The notes under the pieces: generated by a model
Seen by the model: the letters and a program-made list of their open reading frames with translations, nothing else
Told to the model about the DNA's origin: nothing
Databases searched by the model: none
Program-made: the position numbers and the translations under genes
Shown here: positions 26,101-38,100 of the stretch, in pieces
Layout: every line of letters begins with the position of its first letter
How positions within the stretch are numbered: the stretch's first letter is position 1
Origin: Tubiluchus corallicola
Taxonomy: Eukaryota > Animalia > Priapulida
Length of the DNA stretch: 64,000 nt
Direction of reading: 5' to 3'
Assembly: GCA_030141605.1 (NCBI GenBank)
Contig: JAQGDQ010000048.1
Span: 558,001 to 622,000 of the forward strand

Positions 26101-29100
26101 ATAGTTGTTATATAACTTTATGCAGAACCCAGTTCAGTTTGCTTAATTATAAGAATATTTGATTATTGTTACTTTCTTAACAAAATTAATTAAAATGGTA
26201 AACCATTCCAAGCAATGTGAAATAAAATATGCACTCAGTAAAATAGAATAATATTATAATTGGGATTCAATGCTTTTTTGAACCTGTAGTATCTGTACTG
26301 TGGTAGAAAGCTAAATTATTTTGTTTACAATTATTATTTCTCTGCAAGTTTAAAGAAACTGTGAAAACCCTCCTTTTTGATAATTTGCTTATTTATGATT
26401 TTGTATTAACTTTTTTTGCTTGTACTGGTGAAGTGGTTTGAATTTTTGTAAAAAGTGTTTAATAACTTTTTACAAGTTTCTAAAGTACATTGTAAGCCTA
26501 GCCTACTACAATGAATCATTTTTAATTAAGCAGGTTTTGTCACAGGTTCTTAACCTTGCTATACAGCCAAGTACATTAGCAAGATTGCGCAATGTGGTTC
26601 TTAGGCTTCATCCACAGTCCACATCCCTGACAGTCCTCATCTGAGCTGCTTAGCAATATGATATCAAGCTTTGGCATTTTTTACATTCCTTGTGATTCGG
26701 AGGCAGCTTTTTGTTTGCTGAGCTAAACTTGTGATTATGTCTGATTGTAGGGCTGTGACTCAATAGTTTACATTTTGACCATGACCTTGTAAATATGTAT
26801 AGCTTTTGTGCATTGTTTGTGTTATTTTGGAATTGTTGTGTAGCTGTGTATGCAGAGTGGAAAAAACAGTCTGTCATGATCTGTAAATAAACAAGCAGTT
26901 AAAACATGATGTTAGGCTAATGTTCTTACAGCTAGCCAGATGGCAGTGTTCATTGTGTGAAATGTATATAGTGCAGCTGACTTACAGAAGCCAAAGAAGC
27001 GCTCATTTAGTACTGTCCTGTTTGTAACTGTCTGTGTTAGATTATAGTGGTCAGAATGCATACTATATGCATGCTCTTTAACTTAATGTAAGTTTTATTT
27101 TAAATTGTATATTTTAATTTATGAGCATAAAATGAAATTTTAAATTTGTGAGAACATGTATATTAATTAAACGAAATGTGGTGAATGTGCTAAAACCACA
27201 TTGGTAATGAACTCAGTTGAAGTTCATCTTTTTTTAAAGATGGTTTTCATTTTTTAATGCTGTTATTGTAGTTATTTGATTCTTAAGACACCTGCCCAAT
27301 AAAAAATGGCGATATTTAGCAGTATTAATTTCGTTTTTTTCTTCTGGTTTTTAAAATTGATTTATCTGTCATGTCTGCCTAGCTTGTTTGCAGAAAGTCT
27401 TTATGGAGAAGAACTTTGAGTAGTTTGAATGTAGTCAATCTATATAACATTTGTGCAGTATCTTACGTGTATGAAGCTAGTGCAGTGCTCTTTTTTACAC
27501 ATGTTTCTCAGATGTTGTTAATCTGCACCACGTCCAGAATTTACTGGTCCAGATGGGTTGTTTCGTTTACATTGCTCAGCCCCTATGTGATATAATGCAG
27601 GCACAAACCCCAGTAAATCTGCATCTAGGCTTTACTTTGAACCCGTGTGATGATTGAGTGCTGTTTTTGTTCCAATGCTTTAGGTCTGTGTAATAAAAAA
27701 ATGTAGGTTTATAGCCTTACTTCATGTATTAATATGGCCTTATGAGTTGTAAATTGGATAAAGAGTGTTGTTATGAAGGACTGTGGTGATTCACGCAATA
27801 GCTATAAGTGCTCCATAACAGTGTATGTATGTTTCAAATGTAATAATATTAATAGTCTGCAACACTGATCAAAATTCCACAACTTTGTATTATGACATCT
27901 GCCGTGCTTTTATAGATCCTACGATGCCAAGGAGACCACAGTCAGATGCTAATAAACCACGTGGCACCCCTCTCTATGGACAGCCAGCATGGTGGGGTGA
28001 TCCGGAATTGGTGGGTCTGCAGACACCTCCTTCTGTTGGGCAGTCACCTACTTCTGTGTCACCAAAAGTGGTGACTTCTGTCTTTACAGCTTCAACACCT
28101 AGTATGTTATTCTGTCATAGTTTTTTGTACTGGTTTTCAGCTTCTGTTAACATTGCAAAGAGTTTTTGCATGGGTAATTGATTATCTATTACTTCTTGTT
28201 GTCTTTTAACTCTTAATGCTACAGTAGTGTCCATATAATTCGGAAAAAAGTGTTACACCAGATATCTCAGATTCATTTTACTTTATTTATTTAAGTTGTC
28301 CACTTATCTTGAAATTGAACAATATACTTTCAACGAGGGTTTCAAAGCCACACATGCGAAAGAGAGAAATTGCTAGCCTGCTTATCAAACAATACTTCTA
28401 AGGGAATCGCATGTTGTCAACTTACCAGCATGCATTTTCGATAGCATTTCGCATCTATTTACATGTGGATTTTTGCCACTAAGACAAATTTAGAATAATT
28501 TTTTTCTAAAGTATACAAGCATTTTTATGATAAATATTAAGCCTATTAAAATAATATCAAAAATAATAACGACACAATTAAGGCTGTTTTTGTTGCAGCC
28601 TCTCCCTCCAAAATTCGATTACAGTTTTAATCAAATTTATCATTTCGGTTGCATAATTATAAGAATGGTTAAATGACAGCTAGTGAATAGTCGAAAACCA
28701 CCAGTCGAAAAATATGGAAACCATGATTTTTTATTTATATTGCTGATGTAGCTACCCTGGTAAATTAAATAAATAAATGTAAATCTTACCTAGAAAATAA
28801 ATTGCTTCATTGCTATACCTGTTTAGATAAGTATTAAATTTGATTGCAAATTTTTTGTGATATTTGAAGCCAATATTTTGTGATAAAGTATTGCGTTGTT
28901 TACTTGTAACTAATGCTTTCTCGTTCAAACATATCAAAAGTTTTCATGCTTTTTATAACGCGATTCTTTCTCTGGAGTTTTTGTTGTAGAGTTTTAATTT
29001 CTTGTCTAACCTCTTACACTTACGTCAAGAGGTTTACAAGCATGAGCGTTAATTAACATGTGGTTAAGTAATCTTTATGATCCGTGGGGCACTTTTAAAA

Positions 29101-32100
29101 GATGAAGTGGCTACATACATTGTAATACATTACAGATTGCTTCCGATCAGTTAAGTAATTTTCAAACCATTTTAATGACATGTCTCGAATAGCATAATGA
29201 GATAATTTAGACAACAAAATTTGTTAATTTAAAGTATCAAGCGTTTTAGTGGGATCAATAAATAGTCCTACGAAAAATTCTTTTTTGTCGACTGCTTCGG
29301 TAATTAAATTTTTCACAATCTAAAAGGGTAATAGGTAGAATGATTTTCTCTGAAACCCACCTCCTTTTTATAGAGTATTTCGCTTTTTTGTTCATAAAAT
29401 TCAAAAACCTGCTGTACATGAAGTTTTCTAATATGTTAGAGAAACAATGTGAGGATTTATGTAGGTCTATAATTTTGAATGAGTTTTTTGTCTTAGAGGA
29501 TGCCATGCTGTTAACACTATTCTTTCCTTCTTCAAAATGTCCTTGTGGCCTAATCTCACCTGTCTGATTGGCAGGATTCTTGTGTCTTGCTTACGATGTC
29601 GCAAAATGAATGCATCTTATGCTTGCGTCTATCTCATGAGTCATAGAATTGCATCTTATATACAATTTACTCGTTGAGTTTTGGATGTATGTATCTGACT
29701 TCTGTGACAAAACCATACCATGTAAATAGGACTTAATGATAGTTAAATAGCTATGCATTAATAATTAGTCAGTATTGTTTTACACAAATGAAATACAGTA
29801 AGTTGTTACCTATGAAAAGATATTTTTTATTGTTTTGTGCCCGACTTAAATATTTATAAGGAACACAGGAGGTTGGCATCTTCCAATTTCCACAGAAATT
29901 CACTATATTGGTGCACGCAATGAAAAAGAGACTTTACATCCATGATCCATCAGACAGCTGCAGCATGGCTAACAACAAGGCATCTATTGTTTACTGCACA
30001 TTTAAGTGAGGCTTACACTATCGCACAGCGCCTGCGTGGCATATAAATGTGTGACTTTCAATTACATTAATAGTTTTTAGAACTTTTTGTTCCAGTATTA
30101 CTTGTAGTCAATGTAAACATCATAGAAGGCAAGTGCTGTGCAAGTTGTCAAAATTTTAAAGCTGGGATTTTTTTAATCATAATCATTTTTAATACAGTGT
30201 AAAATTGTTCATCACTGATTTAGACTGTGTTAAAGAAGTACAGTAGCCTTAAAAAGCTCTTGCTATAGATATAATATAACGATATATGATATAAAAAGTA
30301 CAACAGGAAGTCTAGTATCGCAGCACAGTGATATTTTTTATTTCTGTTTCTACACATGATCACACACAGCACTTATATTTCTACTGTAGTAATTACTATT
30401 CTCTGTTAATTTTTAATGATTCCTAATTACATTTTTATTGTGATTAGCTGGGTCACCACCTGTGGCTAAATTTGAGCGGCCCAACTCACTTCCGGTCACT
30501 CAGACAAATGGGCATGCTGTTAGTTCAGATACCGTGACTCAACAGACTTCTCCAAATCGACTTGTCACTGAGCAAAATCTGACCCCATCTAATAAAGGTA
30601 AGTGTTGTGTTTCACTTATATTATTTTGGTGCTAGTTTAAGATGGCATTTTTCAGCAATTGGATTAACTCGTTCATTTGGGAGTTGCTTCTGAACAGCGT
30701 TTGGTATATCAATACACAAACACAATACAGGAATGACTTCTGTTCAATATACGAGTGCAATAAACTATATTTTAGGTAATTGCAAGAATATAGAAATGAA
30801 ACTAAGGAAAATTTGAAAATTTAACAGTACACGAAAACCAACGGTGACAAAAACTTTTTACCATGGGTTAAATAGTTAATAAAGAAAACAGCTGACTCTT
30901 TAATAAATGTTAATGCAATAACTATGAATGAAAAATCGTCAAAGTATTTACTCATATCGATGTTTTACGGTTTTCTTTACTAGACATTTGTTTGGTCAGT
31001 TACTCACTAAAGGATTGTTAGCCTAAATTTACAGTAATTATATTTATTAGCACTAATTTTTTTGTAATGTAAATACTAGCAATAGGTTGTTGTTGCTCAT
31101 AGAGCACTCAAGCTACTTAAACTATCATAGTCTCAGTGGTCTACTTTTGCTGATATGATTAATGTGATGTGAATTTTGGCACACATGAATTAAGAGAAAG
31201 ATTTTAATGTCCTTTACCAAAGTAGATAAGGTGGGAGTTATTCAAACTGGATGATAGCATTATATAGATGCTGCAAAAGTAGGTGTAGATTAAAGGTAGA
31301 TTAGAAAAAAGTCGATGTTCCAAACTTGTGAACAAGTTTCAGGAATTCATTCCTTTTTTGTGAACTTAGGAACTTAACTGTTGTTAGAAAAGTAACTTTT
31401 GCTTGAACGTGTTCACTGAAAAGGCAAACTTGAACTTAATTTCTAAGTTTATCTTAACACACTAGAAATTAGAAAAAATTGTGCTGCAATTTGTCCCTAC
31501 GTATAGCGTCATACCCAAAAACTTGACAACCGGCCAGTGGACACCCGGACAGAACGTGCACATGTAATGTTGTGCATAGTAATTATGCAGTAACTGAACT
31601 ACTATATACTATTCTTGTTCATTCTATGAATAGGCTTGTTGTTATAAAGATAAGATATATTGATTTTTGCAGCAGCACAACTAGACTTCCTTGGTGTGTA
31701 TATAAACTACTAATTAATTAAGTTTTTTTAAGTTAAGTTAAGAGTTTATTCATTTTTTCCACATTGCATCTTACAATTGTTAAAATACACATAATTATCC
31801 ATTTAGGTTAATATAAATATAAATATAAATAAATGCAGTCTTATCCAGAAGTTACGAAGTGCAGCATATACATGTGCAAATTACATTACAGAATAATTTT
31901 GATGCATACAGTTTGAGCCTAAAAGCATAGCTTGACAGGCCAAACTGTACGTGGAGATCTTAAAAAAAATGATTAATAATTGAAATAATGAATAATGATA
32001 ATATATATAAAAGTGGGGGTGGGGAGTAGTGAATGAAAGATGAAATGGAGCGAGAAATACTATCAGTGAGTGTGTGACAATGACTTAAATAATGTTTGAA

Positions 32101-35100
32101 GATAGCAGCTGTATTACCAATGGGAATACATAAAAGTGATGAAGATGCTAATAAAATTCTTATTTTAGAAGACAATATTGTCAAACTTCGAGGCCCTTTG
32201 CTGCAACCCCCCAATTTGTAAGATTTTCCACTCCTGGTGAATTCCAGATGTTAGTAAAATAATTACATGCGTAGACCTAATTAATGACACCATTTAGGTT
32301 GTTATACCAATTTGTACTTAAACTTTGCCAAAACCCGATTGTGAACATGAACTTGAGTAAAGTTTATTCTGGCTAGAAGGAATTTAAACTTGAACTATGT
32401 TCATTTTACAGCTAAAAAAACTTGAAACTTGAACAGATTTGATTTTTAGTGGCACTTACATTTCACTGATATTTGTAATCGTCAAACTTTTATTTTATTT
32501 CTATTTCTCGCAAATTATTTTATGCTAATTGATTCTTTTCATTTAGATCCTACAGGCAATACTCCTCCGCAGAAAGACCCTGGTCTTGGCCGACACACAT
32601 CAGATAATGAGGAAGACTCGCAGTCTCAGTCTGAGATCAATCTCACTAATGAGGGAGGCATCACTGTATTGCAACGGGGCGGCTTGCGTCGTAGTGCAGC
32701 ATTCACCATTGAGTTTGATGATGCCCCTGACAAGAAATCCACTACAGAGAGTTGTAGAAAGTTTGACAAGATTGTAGAACGGCGAGGTCCACCGTCAAGT
32801 AAAAGCATGGACTCATTAAAAAACCTGTCACAGAACAGATGTGCAAGTCCCGAAGTGCGTAATTTATTTTACATTTAGAAAGTGATAATTCTGTTTTGTG
32901 TCTAGCATTTTATGTAAAGAGTTATTGGTTACACATTCTGCAATGGTTAAAGCACCTATAGAGAAATTTACTAAATTATTAAGTTTCAATAGTTGGGGTG
33001 CTCCATTTTTCTTGTGAACTTTTTTTAACAATAACAAGCTTGTGCCAGTACTTACTGTACATGAATCTTTTGAATAACTTGTCTGACCAATATGTCACTG
33101 CACGATCAGTGAAGATCAGAAGTAATCAGATGCTAGGTTTTGTAACTTTATAGTACATTGCATGCAAATATCACAAATGGTATTCTTTGCAGTATATATT
33201 TCTAAATTGACATTTTTAATGCGCATTCAGAATAGCTTTCTTAAATTAACCTTTTAATTCATAGTTAATGCTATTTAAGCTTTTTCATTTGTGTCTTGTT
33301 TTTGGTGTAGGCACCTTTTGTGCGAGGGCAGAAAATTCGAGTTTCTATGCGTCCTAAAGGAAGTCCCAAGCATATAGCTAAAGATCCTGGATACCTGTCT
33401 GATACTCATCTTTCTGCATCTGATCCAGAAGAAGATTATAGTACTCAGAGTGATATCCCACAGCCTGGGAAAAAAGGCAGTCTCAGTAAAGCAGGTTTGT
33501 ACTATTGTTTTGCCGTTATTTACACATTCATATTCAAAAGTACAATGTTTCTGTTGAGAAGGATGAAATTTTTATTCACTGTGCTTAAAAATTCAGTTAA
33601 AGGCAGTAAAATGTTTTGCAATTTGAACTGAAACTTTTAAATCACTTAATGGAGACTACATTTTTAGATGAGAAATATATAACCTAGCATAATTTTTTTA
33701 GCAGAGTTATTAATGTGTGGTAGTTTCCATACATTGTTTAATCCTTGACGAGTCTAAAGCTGCTAAAACTAATAATAGAAGTTTTGAATTTACATTCATA
33801 TATTTTTTGTCATACTTATGAGTTCGCAAATTTTTTTTATGCAGCTTGAATTCTTTTCACCTGTTTGTTTTAGTAATAATAAATTTAGTTTGCAATACAA
33901 GCCGGCTACGATGCTTTTTTCACAGATTGTAAGTAACAAGCTACGGCACAGCAGAGATTATCTGCATTACTTTATATTTATTAAGCCTGACATATTTTTG
34001 CGAGCTTTTAAACTTAGTGATCTAATATACAAATAAAATAATTTATTATTTCTCTGAATTATCACAATGCGTTTACTAATCTTTATAGCAAGTGCATTGA
34101 CAGAATAATCGAACTACAGCTGCTAGAAGCTGAGCTTAGTAAATGACAGGAACAGTAAAGTTGTTGATACAAAAAGATACCAATCACAGGGGTGTAAAAA
34201 TTTTAGATGATACTATTATCTCTACTTGTTAGTTATTTTTTGGGTTCATGCCAGCATAGTTAATTTATGAAAAAAAATTTTTAGATTTTAATTGTGCATA
34301 AGTGGTTGGAGTCGTAACTTGACTATGAGTTTGGCATGCTTGTGAAATTTCTCGTGTACATTTACAGTTCAGAAAAGAAAGGGATTATCGCAACAACTCG
34401 CTAATTACCGCAGTAAAGTAAAGCAGCCGGGAGACGTGACAGCCATAAGTAATAAGAAGCAGACAACCAAACCCTCTTCTGTTACTCAGATTAAGTCAAC
34501 TAAGTCGTATCTTATTAACAAAATGTTTCAAAGTCAGAAAGCACCACCTAAGCAACCAGCTGGCAAAAAGGGTCCCTCAACGCCTGTGCGGCCAAAAGAC
34601 ATCGCTCTTGGTTTTCAGCTTGCTGTTCGAGATGGCAAGGCATCACCAGACAGTAAGGAAGATGCACACAGTGAGGCTGGTACATACACCATTGAAACTA
34701 GTCATGAGGAAGAAGATGCTCGTAAGTGTATAGATAGTGTATTTGGACTAAAGAACCTTCTGCAGAAAGACATTGGTGATTCCGAGTCTGTACATACCTA
34801 CACTGTAGAGCCGGATTCGGATAAGCAAATTTTAGAAAATGCACGCAAGAACATCGACCATGTCTTTGGTGTTCTAGCGCCATCAGTAGGTCTCGAGCGG
34901 CCTGTGATAAGCGACGATGACGACGATATGGATTCGCTCGATGGTGCTGATGTTTCTCAGAGAAGTGGCGTTAGAAAAGAGAAGAATCTCGTGATGAAGA
35001 GTAAAGATGATGGACCAACTAATTTCGAACCAGAATCTCTTAAAGAGAAGGTAAGTAGTACATTTCATAGTTAACTTTCTTTTCATCTTTACAGTTGTGA

Positions 35101-38100
35101 AGCACACACCATGACTTTTACATAAGCAATGTAAAGGTCATGGTGTGTGCTTCGCAACTGCTGTTGAGTAACGCAGAGCCTGGTCAGTTAGTCGGTTTCA
35201 TTCAGCATACCTATTCTGGCTGTTGAAGGTGGTGCATTCATGTGGCAAGAAAATGAAATAAAAAAATTGCAAAAATGCTGTTATTCTTTATTAAAATTTG
35301 TTTTAGAAGTTTTCTGACTTAATGTTCATGAAATTTGAGAACTAATAGTTTCTCTTTCATTGCATTTGTTTGGAAAATATTTCTTTGGATTTATTTCAGA
35401 CATTTGTGATTGAGGAGGGAGACGATGGTGTTTTAGACAAAAGTGAAGAAAGATCTGCTTTGGGACACAGGCCTACTAGCCCCGTAGATGAAGGTCGAAA
35501 AACTCCTACTAATAAACAAGAAATATATGCAGCTGTAGATACAAAGAAACCAGTGAAGAAAAATGACAGTTTAGATACAAGCACAATACTTAAAGATACT
35601 GAAGATGTAGTGACTGCCATGATGCAGCGCATGTCAGTGCAAAAAAGTAAAATGGGAAAGAAAAAGAGGCCGAGCAATGAAGAAAGTGACAGCGGTGAAT
35701 CATCAGGTAGCCGTTCTGCAAAAGTAAGCAACCGTTATGCAAGAAATACAGTTGCTGCTGCAAAAACTCCAGATTTTAACATGAGCATAGAGAAAGCTTT
35801 TGAACACTTGAATAAAAAATCTGGTGCAATGTCTGATAGTGTGATATCTGACCCTGGAAGTACTTTCAGTGATAGTGCGGTGCAAGACAAAAAAGCTGCC
35901 AAGACTCCATTGGGTACGTCTTTAAAGACAAATCGTGCCTTTGCACTGCGTAGAGCCAGACTGGAAAGCCCTGAGTCGTCTGAGTCAGGGCCACCGCCTA
36001 GCAAAGGTCACCAACGTCCTGCTTCTGCTGGAACTTCCCGTGGTGCTCCTACTAGTAAAAAGAGCACCAGTGACACAAAACCAAAATTAAAAACTTCAAC
36101 ATCACAAAGTTCTAATACAACTGATAATAATCCATTTGTGCGAAGCGATGGCGGTCGTTTTAGCCTGCGTGCATCACATCTTAGCCGTCCGACGGCTGCA
36201 AGTGATATCCGGCAGAAAGCGGCAAATTTGGCGATGCAGAAAAAGAATGCCATGCCGACTCTGAATCAGGCAGAGTTACAGAACTGGAAGCGACGCAAAA
36301 ATTATAATCCGATGAAAGCAGCAGCTGAGGGAAGGCAGAAGAAAAAGTCAGAAACAGAATCACTTTATCCTAGTCGGTATGTAAAAGCTGTTGTGCCTTC
36401 TCAATTATTGTTCTAGGACGTAATTAAGATTGTAGTAAGAATAATTTATGTTTTGAATAGAACCAACTGAATGTATTACTGAAGACGTTGCTAATAATTG
36501 GATGGAGAAAACTTTTTGGTGGGATTTTTCATTTGTTTTACTCTCAATAGTCTCTTGAAGTCAGACCTAGGAAGTACTTGTAGGAGTGACAGGATGTACC
36601 AGCTAACACTGGGATAACACTGGGGAAGTGGGTTAACACTGTCAGATCATCTCACACAGGATATTTTATTAATTTATTTGAAACCCAGTTGAATAGCTGA
36701 AAAAATTTGATCATATGTAGTAGCTTCGCAATATGCAGTTATTTCATCATATTCAACAACCTGCTGAATAAACTTAAAAATCATTTGGATGTTTATTAAT
36801 TTTGTAATGCTCAGAAGAGATTTCAAGGGCCAGTGACACAATATAGAGCTTGTGACACAGTTACTGTGGTACATTGTTTAGGTTACACTACAACATCATC
36901 ATGGCTCATTTTTTTACGTATAAGCTGAACAATATCCACAGTGACATCACCAGTTTTACCAGAGTGTGTCTGTTGGTGACAGAACAGAATAATACAGAAT
37001 ACATGTAACTGCTAATTTGAAGAGCTTAGAAAACAAAATCTGTTGAAGATAGGTAATCAGCTGCATCTGTCATAAGATACTTTTATTTGAGAAGCTCTCA
37101 AATAATTATTATTGAAACAAATATTAATAAAATAAGTAATATCAACTCCTTAATAAATTTAAAGTTTTTGAAATTTTTAGCTGTATCACATGTACTAAAA
37201 TGTGAAAGCGCTTACTAAAATCAGGCTTATTAATTAAATTGTATAAAACACTTCTCTGTGGCTATGATCTCAGCACATTGCAAGAGAAAAGATTTAAAAA
37301 ACTTTGATTCTGTTAAGTACGCTATATACTACCAAGCCTGTTTGTATGACCATATGAGATACTTCTTTTTCTGCAGGTCCTCGTCTTTCGGTAGTGGCAT
37401 GCCACAGCGAAACCGCAGCATTTGTAGCACTGAAGATGACGAAGAAGAGGACAGTTTGAGCATAGCTAGCAGTGGTACCTCGTCTCGGGCTTCCTCTAAC
37501 AAGCCACCTCAAGAACGTGGCAACGATGATAGCTTAGTTACTGCTGAAATGCAACAGGTAAATTCAGAACTTACAGATGTTTATTTTCATTGTTGACCAT
37601 ATGTATCACATTTGGATTGATATAGAAAGAAGTAATCAGAGATAGCTGCCCATAAAATTGTATTTTTTTAGCTTCAACAAAATTTTGCAGTTAGAAATTT
37701 TAACGTTTTTAATAATTGGAATTTTCTGCATTAATAAAATGGTCGTAATTTTTTTAGAATATATCTTGACTTGTGGTAGGTAACCTGAAGTGTGCTTTTT
37801 TGTATGTGCTGATATTTCAAAATTTTTAACGATAAATTTTAATGAAATATTTTTGGCGGAAATGGTAGGTTTCGTAATTCTGCTACCGAGTTTACATACG
37901 TTCTGTGATGTTGATATTGTTCTTTAAAGTGATATATTAGTAGATGTATGTGAATTTTATTTGATTCAAAATAATAGAACAGTAATCTTTTTTACAAATA
38001 GTAAAGAAGCTAATCTGCTGACTATTTACATACTACAATTGACCAATACTTTGCTACTCAGACCAGAGTATTTGGTAGTGACAGCTAGCAGCACAGAAAC

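Noticed and set aside
27512-27600. Possible extra CEP170 exon after tttctcag
   Set aside because: No convincing phase-1 donor; not needed for the reading frame.
35396-36363. Several antisense ORFs (also 4728-5012 and 32626-32808)
   Set aside because: Shadows of real coding exons on the opposite strand.
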